Positions 26,585-37,124 are shown, counted from the stretch's first letter. The stretch is DNA of 64,000 bases from Spirosoma sp. (GCA_031425355.1 JANPJE010000145.1:5671-69670), one strand, 5' to 3'. The notes: generated by a model not told the origin, from the letters alone. A program made the numbers and translations.

Positions 26585-28327
26585 TTACTTACGGGTTTTC
26601 GCTTGTAGTTTGTTGATACGTCGTTCCAGTTTGACACTTTTGACTTTCAAGGCGTCGTTCTGTTTTTTCAGATCAATTACGTACAAGGTCAGCTCTTCCA
26701 CTTTTTCGAGGAGTTTAGCCTGCATCTTTCCAATGTCAACACCTTCACTAACAACCTCTTCGGCAGATGGCACGCCGGGCAAGTGCTTGTTGAGCGCAAC
26801 GTACTGCTCGACTTCTTCCAAACCCCGCAGGTGATACCCACTTTCAAACACCCGATCCGACCAGTCGCTTGTGCTTTTCACGGCTACTTTCACTTTTTCG
26901 GTCAACACGCCATCCGCTACATACAGGCGATATCCGGCAGGGGTTTTTGCAACACCCGGCCCTATAATTACGCCCCCTACATTAGTATTTTGTAAATTAT
27001 CGCCGTTGGCCGTCCACAAACCGGACTCGTCGGCAGCCAATCGCCCCGATCCATTCAGACTACCCAGAATTACATCACCCTGCGCATTTACAGTCAGAAA
27101 TTTAGTTTGGTTAAGTGCCGTGGCAGTGGCCGACGAGGTTAAATTAGTAAAGCGAAGGCCGCTATTACCCGCTGTGCCCTGCGTGATTTCCAGTTTGTTT
27201 TGTGGAGCTGAGTTACCGATGCCCACTCTAACAGCATTATCGCCAAGGACTATGCTGTTACTCTGACTCACGATTGCATTAGCACCAATGGCGGCTGCGT
27301 TCGTGAGGCTGGCTGCATTTGCTCCTGTACTATTTGCCTGCCAACCTATAAATGTATTATTACTACCACTTACAATGGATTGAGCCACGTCCTGGCCGAT
27401 GAACACATTATTGCTACCTGATTGATTATTAAATCCTGCGTGTGTACCGATATATGTATTTTGGTTCGCATTGTTTTTAAAACCAGCTCCGTCACCAATA
27501 GCCATGTTGAAGTTACCCGTTGTATTGTTGCCGCCGGATGAGTTTCCCATAAACATGTTGTAACTACCTGCTGTATTGTTAGCCCCCGATTGTGGCCCCA
27601 AAAAGACATTAAATTTGCCTGTCGAATTTGAATACCCGGCTTGTGATCCGGTAAACACATTACTATTGCCCGAAGTGTTACTAAAACCCGCTTGAGATCC
27701 TAAAAAAGTGTTCGCACTAGCGGTGTTATTTGCTCCAGTGTTTGCTCCGATAAAGGTGTTTAAGGTCGCTCCCCCATTCGATGCACCGGATAACGACCCA
27801 ATAAGGGTGTTCCCTGTCCCCGTGTTATTTCCGCTTCCAGCGTCAGAACCTATAAATGTGTTGTCGCTGCCTTGTGTATTAGAATAGCCTGCTCCGGTCC
27901 CAAAAAAAGCATTGTTGTTACCCTGTGTATTGAAATAACCCGATCTGTAACCAGAAAACGCGTTATTATAACCTACACCGTTGGTATAGCCAGCTCCTGA
28001 GCCGAGAAATGTGTTATTGTTTCCAGACGTATTACTATAACCGGAACCATATCCCACAAACGCATTATTTTGCCCAGAGCTATTCTGGTTACCGGCCGAA
28101 GCCCCCAAAAAGGCGTTTTGTGTACCGGCCATATTCTGTATACCGGTCCCACGTCCGATAAATAGGTTGCTGGCGCCACTCATATTGAGGTTGCCCGCAC
28201 CAACACCAACCAATGTATTATCAGATCCGGGTGTTGATGAAGACGGCGTAGTCGCTACATAATTCGTCTGGGCGTAGCTTACCAACCCCTGTGTTACCAA
28301 TGTTAAAATGAGTACAATTCGCTTCAT
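26585..28327 (-). CDS. Secreted fibre-like protein: ~18 N-x-F-x-G beta-solenoid repeats plus a C-terminal tail-fibre chaperone-like domain and coiled coil
   Basis: Signal peptide MKRIVLIL; mostly 17-aa repeats (NAFLGASAGNQNSSGQN); RVGIGNSAPQNKLEI; WSDRVF..HLPGVPSAEEV..KLLEKVEELTLY. Confidence 0.8.
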   Translation of the reverse strand: MKRIVLILTLVTQGLVSYAQTNYVATTPSSSTPGSDNTLVGVGAGNLNMSGASNLFIGRGTGIQNMAGTQNAFLGASAGNQNSSGQNNAFVGYGSGYSNTSGNNNTFLGSGAGYTNGVGYNNAFSGYRSGYFNTQGNNNAFFGTGAGYSNTQGSDNTFIGSDAGSGNNTGTGNTLIGSLSGASNGGATLNTFIGANTGANNTASANTFLGSQAGFSNTSGNSNVFTGSQAGYSNSTGKFNVFLGPQSGANNTAGSYNMFMGNSSGGNNTTGNFNMAIGDGAGFKNNANQNTYIGTHAGFNNQSGSNNVFIGQDVAQSIVSGSNNTFIGWQANSTGANAASLTNAAAIGANAIVSQSNSIVLGDNAVRVGIGNSAPQNKLEITQGTAGNSGLRFTNLTSSATATALNQTKFLTVNAQGDVILGSLNGSGRLAADESGLWTANGDNLQNTNVGGVIIGPGVAKTPAGYRLYVADGVLTEKVKVAVKSTSDWSDRVFESGYHLRGLEEVEQYVALNKHLPGVPSAEEVVSEGVDIGKMQAKLLEKVEELTLYVIDLKKQNDALKVKSVKLERRINKLQAKTRK

Positions 28328-28470
28328 GATCGTTTTGTCTAATGACTTAAAAGAAAACCAAAGAACAAGATAAGGCAATACCAACTTCTAAGTTCAGTGT
28401 TTATTTTTCAAATTTGTAAACTAAATATGTCTACTATTAAATTTAAGTAAAGTTTACATTTATCGAACTT

Positions 28471-28540
28471 AAAGTTCATCATCATGTTTACAGTTCATTC
28501 GTATAAAGCTCCAGTTCATTAACAGAAATGGTCAATTCAA
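28471..28540 (+). promoter_or_regulatory. Candidate LytTR-family regulator binding repeats
   Basis: aaagttcat (28471), acagttcat (28490), ccagttcat (28511), tcaattcaa (28532); the last three are 21 bp apart (9-mer + 12-bp spacer). Confidence 0.5.
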
Positions 28541-28999
28541 GGTATGATCACGTATCTGCTAAAGTATTGACAACCAACACGTTTAACTTACGCATAAAAT
28601 CTGTCTGCAACGAAAGTACCCGTTTTGTCTCAGTTTTTACAAATCTATAACAGCCTAAAAGATAGTTGCAGTAAACTTCAACAGCCTATTAGGTTCAAAT
28701 TTGACTCAACCAAATATACCTATGTTTTTAAGATTACGAGACAGTGGTCTACGAAATGGTTACACTCACATTAACTGAACCACATTAACCAATGCCCTGA
28801 CGCTAGTCATATAGGCATCACCAGATGATGTACAACAACTTTATCGGTCAACAATCACGCCAAAACTATTTGAGTACAAACAATTTTGCTTCGATTGATG
28901 ATATAAAGTAACATTTAAGCCATTATGAATTAGGCCTCATAGATGACTCAAAATCACTACTTAATAAACACTCATTTACCTACCCTTCAGTTTTTCATC

Positions 29000-30628
29000 A
29001 TGGCAATAAATGTAAGAGACCCTCAATTTGGTGTTGTCGGCGACGGAGCTACCGACGATTCAGCGGCTATTCAACGAGCCGTCGATTTCGCCAAAAGCCG
29101 TAGCGTACCCAATAGCCCATCCGTAATATACCGGGCTACAGTGTATTTTCCAGCGGGCTATTATTATCTCGCTACCCCTATCAACCTGACGAGTACTAAT
29201 GGTATTTGGCTAACGGGCGATGGGGGCTCTTACATAAACACAATTATTTTAGGGAGCACAGGTGGAGTTATTTTTGATTTCAGCGGGTCATCTCTATCAG
29301 GATGTGAGAATTTCACGTTTATAACCTCCGACCGCAATAATCGCTCCACCATTGGTGTGCTGTTTGCTTTGGCGGCAAGTGGGGGTCTTAACTGTGGCAT
29401 TAGAAATTGCTATTTCGAGATGAACGACACTCCTGCAGCTAACGGGGGGTTTGGCTCTATCGGGTTATTGAATATACGAAGCGAAGAGTTTTTCGGGCGT
29501 GATTGCTTAATTCGGGCGAATACTTCCATAATCTTCTCCAATACACGCAACTTGTCCGAAACCGGAACAAACTTTACAGCCTCAAGTCCATTTCAAACAC
29601 TGCCAACCGATACTGGCTCTATGGGTGTGGTAAGTATCACGGGCACCTCGCTGCAAAATTACCAAAAACGTCAACCAGCATTGGTGCTGATTGGGACCAA
29701 CAGCATTAACTTCCAAGGATATCTTAGCAGGCTTTCGTCTAATTTGGGTACCAATGAAACAGCTATTTTATGCGTACGGTACACAACTAACTTGCGTGTC
29801 CAGGCAACAATCGAATCATTTTCCCGGGCTTTAAAAGCTATACTCGGCGGCTTTGAAGGTAACGAAATTAAAGTTGTTGTTGCTAATAGTACAGCCCCAG
29901 CTACTGAGCTTGTGGATGTCACAGATTGCGGTGTAAAAGGCTTAACCCTTCAGGTCAGTTTACCTCTCCCCAGCGAACGCAATCGGTTTGTATTGTATCA
30001 TGCGCCTGCGGGTAACGGTACTCAACAGGCTTTCGGACTCCTCACCAACTCAGTGATTACATGTACCGACACAACAGACAACCGTAATGTTATTACGGCT
30101 AATTTACTCCGAAAGAGCGAAAATGTAGTCTTCAATTCAGATCAGCCCTTTGAAAAGAAAGGAGGGCGCGTTCGGCAATTGTTTACCAGTTCTATTGCAG
30201 TTGGTCAAACCCCAAGCGGATCAACTACACCTGTTATACGTTTCGCGCTTGCCAGTGCCACAACCATCAATAATACAAATGGTGGTAGTTACCGAATCTG
30301 GATTGACGGATTGATTCAGGCGGGGTCTTACGGTACACAGGCATCCGCAACCCTAACCTTTCAAGTCCAATTACTTGTGTCTCAGAGTTATAACGGTCAG
30401 TTTAGTCCAACCTCCGTAACTGTAGTTGTTCTTGATAGGACCAGCACTAATGCAGCATATGTGGATATTGTTGGAGTTATAGCTGACCTGACTTTTAGTA
30501 ATGGCATTGGTGCCGTTGTGATTACTCCTCGTACAATTGGCACAAGTGTCGGTGAACCTATTACTTATAATGGTCATGCTGAACTACAATCCGATTTTCT
30601 GATGAACGATTCAGTTATTTTTCGGTAG
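29000..30628 (+). CDS. Pectate_lyase_3/GH28-related right-handed beta-helix protein (tailspike-like), no signal peptide
   Basis: INVRDPQFGVVGDGATDDSAAIQRA..VYFPAGYY is the typical N-terminal motif; ATG at 29000; 3' end overlaps the convergent GT by 18 bp. Confidence 0.75.
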   Translation: MAINVRDPQFGVVGDGATDDSAAIQRAVDFAKSRSVPNSPSVIYRATVYFPAGYYYLATPINLTSTNGIWLTGDGGSYINTIILGSTGGVIFDFSGSSLSGCENFTFITSDRNNRSTIGVLFALAASGGLNCGIRNCYFEMNDTPAANGGFGSIGLLNIRSEEFFGRDCLIRANTSIIFSNTRNLSETGTNFTASSPFQTLPTDTGSMGVVSITGTSLQNYQKRQPALVLIGTNSINFQGYLSRLSSNLGTNETAILCVRYTTNLRVQATIESFSRALKAILGGFEGNEIKVVVANSTAPATELVDVTDCGVKGLTLQVSLPLPSERNRFVLYHAPAGNGTQQAFGLLTNSVITCTDTTDNRNVITANLLRKSENVVFNSDQPFEKKGGRVRQLFTSSIAVGQTPSGSTTPVIRFALASATTINNTNGGSYRIWIDGLIQAGSYGTQASATLTFQVQLLVSQSYNGQFSPTSVTVVVLDRTSTNAAYVDIVGVIADLTFSNGIGAVVITPRTIGTSVGEPITYNGHAELQSDFLMNDSVIFR

Positions 30629-31891
30629 ATGCGACTCCATAATTTTTACCCGATTGATAGGGTTATCGACCAATTCGAAAAGCATAGCTTCAAAGCGAGG
30701 CAAAATAGCTTGTTTACTCAGATGTTGTTCCGCATACCGACGAGCATTGAGCCGGTACTGTTGTAAATGAGGAGAACAAAGTGCCAACGTAATCTCATTG
30801 GCAAGTTTGTCACCTCGGTCAGGCTCAACCACCCAACCTAATTCATTATTAAGAACAACATCACTCAGTGAGGTTCCTATATCAGCTGCAACAATAGATG
30901 CTCCCCCAGTCGCCAAGATATTCACTAACTTGGATGGCATCACTAAATCGGATGCGGCTCTCTTTTGCACTACTAAATGCACATCGGCCATAGCCAACGC
31001 TTGTGGTACTTGATCATAAGGCAACATAGGGAAAAAGATCAAGTTCTGAAGTGATTGCTGACGGGTAGCTTCCTGAAGCCGCTCACGCGCGACTCCTTCC
31101 CCAATAATAACAATCTTTATATTCGGTTGAAACTGGAGTAGAGATGCGGCCTCAACTAACACCTCCAAGCCCTGCTTTTCGCCTATATTACCTGAATAGA
31201 GCGCAATCTGATCTGTTGGAGTAAACCCGAATTTGGCTCGAAGTGACCGTTCCATTGGTATAGGTCGAAACGTGCTAACGTCTACCCAATTTTCAATCAT
31301 ACGATATCGTTCAGGGAGTGTTCCTTTTGAGAGAATATTACGTTTCATTCCCTCACTGATGCTCGACACGCGGTTAGCCTTACGCAATAAATACCGTTCA
31401 ATCCCATCCAGAAAATTCAATAACCGCTCGTTTTTAATCATACCTAAATTACGGGCGGCATCAACCTGTAAATCCTGTATATGAAACACAAAAGGCGTTC
31501 GCTTGAGTTGGCCGAATACATAGGGTAGCAGACCAGATTGTAGGGGTGGGCACACCCCTATCAGCACATCATAACGTTTAAAAATAAGCCGTCCCCAATG
31601 TACTAATGAATTAAAAGCAAACGAGAGTTCATGCAGTATACGGGTTCTGCCAGTGACACGCTCGGGTACATACAATGGTGTTCGATAAACGGTTAAATTA
31701 CCTTCTTTTTCAGTAAACCAGCCTTTACCTTGGTACTTGGCATTAATTTTCCACTCAGGATAGTAAGGATGTGCTGTGATTACATCAACATGATGTCCCT
31801 GTTCGGCAAGCCATTTAGTTAATTCGCTGTTGAAACGTCCCGATCCAGCCATTTCCGGGGAATAACTGATGCTGTAAAGCAAAACACGCAT
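30611..31891 (-). CDS. WcaI-like GT4 glycosyltransferase
   Basis: YSPEMAGSG, VITAHPYYPEW, PLYVP, HIQDLQVDAA, YSGNIGEKQGLE, VMPSKL. Confidence 0.9.
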   Translation of the reverse strand: MRVLLYSISYSPEMAGSGRFNSELTKWLAEQGHHVDVITAHPYYPEWKINAKYQGKGWFTEKEGNLTVYRTPLYVPERVTGRTRILHELSFAFNSLVHWGRLIFKRYDVLIGVCPPLQSGLLPYVFGQLKRTPFVFHIQDLQVDAARNLGMIKNERLLNFLDGIERYLLRKANRVSSISEGMKRNILSKGTLPERYRMIENWVDVSTFRPIPMERSLRAKFGFTPTDQIALYSGNIGEKQGLEVLVEAASLLQFQPNIKIVIIGEGVARERLQEATRQQSLQNLIFFPMLPYDQVPQALAMADVHLVVQKRAASDLVMPSKLVNILATGGASIVAADIGTSLSDVVLNNELGWVVEPDRGDKLANEITLALCSPHLQQYRLNARRYAEQHLSKQAILPRFEAMLFELVDNPINRVKIMESHLPKNN

Positions 31892-31900
31892 GATGTACAA

Positions 31901-32641
31901 TTAATCGACAGTAAAAATTCTTTTTAGCAAAGCAATAGCCAGAAGCATGCGTCCACGCAGTTTATGGCTCAATGGCTGAGGACTTTTAACACTCATTTCA
32001 GTAGGACTGGCATTACCATCATGCCTTCTAAAACTGGAAAGTTTTTCTGGTATAAAAACTACGCGGAAGAGGGCATTGGCCAATAGGCCAAACCAAACAT
32101 CCTGGTATATTAAATATGTTGAGGCCCGATGCAGTTCCTCCGGAAATGGCAAAGCCCGGTCGAGTACAGACCGACGAAAAGCCATGCAGTTGCCCAAATA
32201 GGTATTTTTCACAAAGTTTTTTATAAGGCCAGGGCCAGAGTTAAAGTTCTCAAAGAAAGATTGGCTCATTGGCCTTCCGAACGCATCAATAAAATCGCAG
32301 TTACTTATTGCTAAATCATAATTTTGCAGATAAGGCATTAATACACTCATCTTATTAGGGAACCAAATATCGTCCTGATCTGACAAAAATATCACATCCC
32401 CAGTAGCATGACTCAATGCATTCTCAAAATTCCGGGTGGCTGATCGTGGTGACGGGTTGACCAGTACCCGTACGCGTTTGTCTATGAACTGGTTAATAAT
32501 GCATAAAGTATTGTCCGTTGACGTATCATCAGAAATAATCAATTCATCGTTAGCAGTCAATTGAGGTAAAATAGATTCAATTTGCTCACGAATAAATTGC
32601 GCACCATTATATGTAGCCATGCAAACACTAACTCGCTTCAT
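31901..32641 (-). CDS. GT2 glycosyltransferase
   Basis: SVCMATYNG, ISDDTSTD, FLSDQDDIW. Confidence 0.92.
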   Translation of the reverse strand: MKRVSVCMATYNGAQFIREQIESILPQLTANDELIISDDTSTDNTLCIINQFIDKRVRVLVNPSPRSATRNFENALSHATGDVIFLSDQDDIWFPNKMSVLMPYLQNYDLAISNCDFIDAFGRPMSQSFFENFNSGPGLIKNFVKNTYLGNCMAFRRSVLDRALPFPEELHRASTYLIYQDVWFGLLANALFRVVFIPEKLSSFRRHDGNASPTEMSVKSPQPLSHKLRGRMLLAIALLKRIFTVD

Positions 32642-32642
32642 A

Positions 32643-33956
32643 TCAACTTGGTTGAATCTTTTTATGATGTAGACTACTTAATCGTATAGTCATTTTCCCG
32701 GTCAATAAAAAACTGAGCAGTAAAAATGGAGGAAATATAAAAAAAAACAAATTAAATAACTGACCTACAGCGAGGTTGACATCAATCATTATTGCCTGAG
32801 CGAGATGGCAAAAGCTACCCATGAAAACAAAGTAGAACGAACTTGTACGTATAATTGAAAAAAATTTAATTCTAGTAATTCCGTATAAATAACCCACTAA
32901 CAGGCTGTAAAAAAAAGCGCCCCAATAATAAAAATAAATCCGTCCTTCCATATAAAAAGGTATGTTCGGACCTACTGTAACGCCATCTGCTGTAAAACCC
33001 GGGGGACGTAGATTATCATAGAGCGTATTTCCGAGAGCTTCCTGATAAGGCTGAAGGCGTAAGAAGCCCAGAATCGGATTTGTCAAGCGTGGAAAATAGT
33101 CGCCCCAGGAATAGTCACTGAAATAACTAACGTTAACAGGTATATAGAAATATAGAAGAGAATCAGAGGTATAAAGTAAGCGCTTAATAAAAGCCAGAAT
33201 AGCATTATCCAGACCATCATTCTCTTTCAGAAGTACGGTGAATACTACTCCTATAACGCCCACGAAAACAAATGGCACATACCGCCGGAATTTCTTCAGT
33301 AAAGTCCGGTTTTCTAAAAAAGCGGGGTGATAGAAAACAACCCCTGCTGACACGATAATTTGCAGAAGTGCACCTTTAGACCCCTCTAATGAAGAAAAAA
33401 ATGCTACGACAGTTAGAAGTATCAAATACAACTTATGTCTCCTAACAAAGTACATAAAGACAAGAGAAATAGTAATGAAAGTACCTAACGCCCAATTCAT
33501 TTTTCTAAATAAGCCGAATCCCTCCTGAAAATTCCCGAACTTAGCTTCCGTTGGTCGCTCAGATAAGAGTGCAAACCCCTTTGAATACCCAATAATTATA
33601 TTCGAAAGTATATAGACAACCAAAAATGAGTATGTAATCCACTTTAGCAATGACTGATTAGAGAAATCATAAACTTTATTGGATCGGCCTATACCGGCAA
33701 ATGAATAATTCGTACGCCGGTGCGCGATGACAAATCCAACCCACACCGAAGCTTGACACCCAAAAAAATGAATTAAATCTTCAGTAGTTGGGATGACTTG
33801 AATAGCAAGTACGCTGGCAAAAGCAGTAGCAAATACAAACAGAAATAAAGGATCAATAACTGAATAAATGAACCTGTAGTATAATAAGAAATATATAGCA
33901 AACAGAGCTGCTGTCCAGAGCAAAATGACCGGCAATATGTTGAATGTAATTTCCAT
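32643..33956 (-). CDS. Probable polysaccharide polymerase Wzy
   Basis: About 10-11 hydrophobic segments, GSKGALL motif, large late periplasmic loop, AT-rich, among GT genes. Confidence 0.7.
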   Translation of the reverse strand: MEITFNILPVILLWTAALFAIYFLLYYRFIYSVIDPLFLFVFATAFASVLAIQVIPTTEDLIHFFGCQASVWVGFVIAHRRTNYSFAGIGRSNKVYDFSNQSLLKWITYSFLVVYILSNIIIGYSKGFALLSERPTEAKFGNFQEGFGLFRKMNWALGTFITISLVFMYFVRRHKLYLILLTVVAFFSSLEGSKGALLQIIVSAGVVFYHPAFLENRTLLKKFRRYVPFVFVGVIGVVFTVLLKENDGLDNAILAFIKRLLYTSDSLLYFYIPVNVSYFSDYSWGDYFPRLTNPILGFLRLQPYQEALGNTLYDNLRPPGFTADGVTVGPNIPFYMEGRIYFYYWGAFFYSLLVGYLYGITRIKFFSIIRTSSFYFVFMGSFCHLAQAIMIDVNLAVGQLFNLFFFIFPPFLLLSFLLTGKMTIRLSSLHHKKIQPS

Positions 33957-34074
33957 AATAATTTAGCCTCCCGATAAGACTATTTTAAATCCTGTACGTA
34001 AGCATCCACTACTTATTTTGCAAATTTTATTTAGTAAAAATAATACGTGTCATTTTAGATTGGTAGCTCGCACT

Positions 34075-34851
34075 CTAACCAAAAAGTCTCTTAAGACCTA
34101 CGCTGAATCCAGGTAGATTATATTTCCTTAAAGTTGCCCCTGCCTTACGTCTTAACCAAAAGTAATACATTGCCCAGTTGCGGCTAATTCCTTTGAACAG
34201 TCGACTGTGAATCTGTTGCATTTCTGCGTAGCCGCGCGCCATCTGGTTTTCACTAATGCCATCTCCACCGAAGTTACACACGGTAATGTTCATAAGTTGG
34301 TGTGGAACACCACTTAACGCTAATTTTAGATTGAATTCATAATCCGATGCGATCCGCATATTCTCATTATATAACGAATTCGTGAATACCTCTCTATCAT
34401 AGAACATACCCTGATGATGTACTTGATGACGCATCCAATAAGGCGATCCGAACAAGGGGCGGAGCAGAATGTCTTGTTTTATACACTCCACACTACCTAC
34501 AAAGACTTGTGTATTGCTGGCACCTGCTTTAATCTGTTCAGACACCTTCTGTAATGTACCAGGTTCACGTAACTCGTCGTCAGCACCAATAAAGTAAAGC
34601 CATTTCCCACTCGACAGGCTAATACCAGTATTCAAACCTGCGTAGAGGCCAAGGCCGGGTATAATACGTACTGTCTTGTTAGCGATATTGCTCTCATTGA
34701 CAATAGAAACGGTGCAATCTGAACTACCTCCATCAACGACAACCAGTTCATAATCAGAAAAGGTTTGGTTAGCAATACTGAGCAAACATTGCTGTATTGT
34801 CTTCTCTCCGTTGAGCACTGTTATGATGATAGATATAAATGGATGATACAT
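34075..34851 (-). CDS. GT2 glycosyltransferase (WcaE-like)
   Basis: VVDGGSSD, GLYAGLNTG, FIGADD, HHQGMFY, ASDYEF. Confidence 0.9.
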   Translation of the reverse strand: MYHPFISIIITVLNGEKTIQQCLLSIANQTFSDYELVVVDGGSSDCTVSIVNESNIANKTVRIIPGLGLYAGLNTGISLSSGKWLYFIGADDELREPGTLQKVSEQIKAGASNTQVFVGSVECIKQDILLRPLFGSPYWMRHQVHHQGMFYDREVFTNSLYNENMRIASDYEFNLKLALSGVPHQLMNITVCNFGGDGISENQMARGYAEMQQIHSRLFKGISRNWAMYYFWLRRKAGATLRKYNLPGFSVGLKRLFG

Positions 34852-35014
34852 GGCTTGAATTCAAAAAATGACAGACGATGATGCTTCGCGACAGGGTCAA
34901 CGTCTACCGTATAATATCCATAACGTTGTACCTAACCTGACAAGTCGAGTAGCTTATTTAAGAAGAATCTTAAATTTTAACATTATAAGCATGGTAGTAT
35001 GTTCACTATATTAA

Positions 35015-35749
35015 CTACACACGATGCCCATATAGCAGGAATCTCAGTCTCTTCTGCGAATAGTACATACCTAAAAACATGGATAAAACCCTATTTCTCC
35101 ATTTGCCTGAAACGTAGCGAGCTCTAACTCTATTGGTCTCTACTAACGACTTTGATAAATTACTACTGGCTCCGCCAACAGCGCAGTCAGCTATTATCAG
35201 AGGAACATAGCATGTAGACAATTTTTGCGTATACAATCGTAGATGAATGTCATACTCCGACACTATAGTCAATGTTGGATCGTAGCGATAGTTAGTAAAG
35301 AGTGTGGAATTATAGAACGCGCTTTGGTGGTGAACGGTGTTCTGAAAAATGGTTCTCGGCCCCAAAAATGAGCGCATTTGATGACCATTATCGAATAATA
35401 CGTCGCCATAGACAATAGCGTATTGTGCAGTTAAATAAGGTTGAATTTGTTTTATTATATCAGGACGCAATGTATCATCACCTCCTAAAAAATAGATCCA
35501 TTCACCCTTGGCACGGTCAATTCCCTTATTCATGGCATCATAAATTCCCTTGTCAGGCTCACTGATCCATCCGGCTAACTGATGTTCGTGCCGTTTAATA
35601 ATATCGATAGAGCCATCGGTGCTCCCTCCATCAATTATCCAAAATTCACACAGTCCTTTCTCCTGACCAAGAACGCTTTTGATGGTACTTTCGAGCGTAG
35701 AATACGCATTATATACTACGGTAATAACAGTTACAAGCGGACGTTTCAT
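35015..35749 (-). CDS. GT2 glycosyltransferase (WcaE-like)
   Basis: IIDGGSTDGS, SEPDKGIYDAMNKG, FLGGDD, HHQSAFY. Confidence 0.9.
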   Translation of the reverse strand: MKRPLVTVITVVYNAYSTLESTIKSVLGQEKGLCEFWIIDGGSTDGSIDIIKRHEHQLAGWISEPDKGIYDAMNKGIDRAKGEWIYFLGGDDTLRPDIIKQIQPYLTAQYAIVYGDVLFDNGHQMRSFLGPRTIFQNTVHHQSAFYNSTLFTNYRYDPTLTIVSEYDIHLRLYTQKLSTCYVPLIIADCAVGGASSNLSKSLVETNRVRARYVSGKWRNRVLSMFLGMYYSQKRLRFLLYGHRV

Positions 35750-35797
35750 CAACAATAGATTTTTACTTACATACCAATTAGCAGAGAGTTACAGTTG

Positions 35798-36880
35798 CTA
35801 ATTTTTTAATTTAATTCGAATCCACTTTTGCGCTGGTTTTTCAACTGTAATGTGAAGTAACCATGCGAATGTAATGGCAGTTAAGCCATAGAAAGCAAAA
35901 AACAGACCATCATTGTAAATTATAGTAATGTGATTTAAATTGAGAAAAAGTAAAATAACAATTTGAACAGGCAAATGAATCATATACAACGAAAGAGATA
36001 TATCGCCGAAAAGCCTGAATACTTTATTGTCCAATGCTCTACGTATTGTTTTGTTAAAGTGGCATTCAGCTATTAAGAATATTGCGGTAAATACCATTAT
36101 CAATTGGGACGATACGATAATGTACCTTTTTAGATAGATAAAATAAAAAACCATGCATAATATATAGCCTGTAATGAAGAACCATCTATAAACCTCATAT
36201 CTACTATTCTTAATCAATAGTTCATAAACTAAACAGCCAGAAAAGAAGCCGATTAATCCTCGTGCGACAGGATGGTTTATAATAAATACCATGTCATAGG
36301 GTAGACGATAAATAAAAAGTCCAAATATTATCAGAAGTATAGAAGTGTAAAGTACATTCCAATACCTTGCCTGTATAAAAAACAATATGTACATAAATGC
36401 TTCTATTGATAGAGACCAAGCCGGAGCATTAAAAGAATACCCGTTATCAAAAAACCCTTTCTGCACAAAAGCGATATTAAGTATAAAATGGTATGTATCA
36501 TTAAGATCATACACGGGAAATCGCCCAGAATAAGAATGATAAATTTTGACCAGAATGGCAACTACTATCAATGTAAAGAGGTGAACGGGATACAGTCGGG
36601 AAAAACGTTTAATGAAAAAATCGTACACACCAATTTGTGAGGTACTAACCGCTGTCTTATAAGTATACGAAAAAATTACGCCAGATAAAACAAAAAATAA
36701 GTCAACCATTATATCACCGTAATCGAAAAAGAAACGCGCTGGAATCAACCAATATAAAGGCGGTTCTAATCCTACGGAATTTGGTTGAAACGAATTCGAA
36801 AAATGTTTATAGTGCCAAAATACAGCAACTCCTACTGAGGCAATGCCCCTTAATGAATCTATGTAAATTAATCTTTTCAT
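35798..36880 (-). CDS. Acyltransferase family 3 (polysaccharide O-acyltransferase)
   Basis: IDSLRGIA, VDLFFVLSG, KRFSRLYP, WSLSIE, GDISLSLYMIHLP, VEKP. Confidence 0.9.
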   Translation of the reverse strand: MKRLIYIDSLRGIASVGVAVFWHYKHFSNSFQPNSVGLEPPLYWLIPARFFFDYGDIMVDLFFVLSGVIFSYTYKTAVSTSQIGVYDFFIKRFSRLYPVHLFTLIVVAILVKIYHSYSGRFPVYDLNDTYHFILNIAFVQKGFFDNGYSFNAPAWSLSIEAFMYILFFIQARYWNVLYTSILLIIFGLFIYRLPYDMVFIINHPVARGLIGFFSGCLVYELLIKNSRYEVYRWFFITGYILCMVFYFIYLKRYIIVSSQLIMVFTAIFLIAECHFNKTIRRALDNKVFRLFGDISLSLYMIHLPVQIVILLFLNLNHITIIYNDGLFFAFYGLTAITFAWLLHITVEKPAQKWIRIKLKN

Positions 36881-37124
36881 ATAAATAAGCATGGTATTCA
36901 GCAACAAAAACACTAAATACGTATTACGTGGAGTTTACAGTCAATTAAAAATAAAACAGGCAATGTGCAATGTTAATATTAGCTTCTAAACAGAAGGCGT
37001 ATATTTTGTTCTACAACTCCAACATTCCCCTTAGTTCTCCGACCAAACTTAACAGACACAATGAGTAAAAACTCACTCGTCGTAATATCTCGATGACTGT
37101 TTTTGTTAAACCATCACTTTTTTC

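Noticed and set aside
26050-30628. Prophage remnant
   Set aside because: No integrase, capsid, terminase, baseplate or lysis genes; the fibre has a Sec signal and its partner has a T9SS CTD.
33957-37124. Integron cassettes (attC) in the gaps between EPS genes
   Set aside because: No repeated RYYYAAC...GTTRRRY palindromes seen by eye, and no intI.
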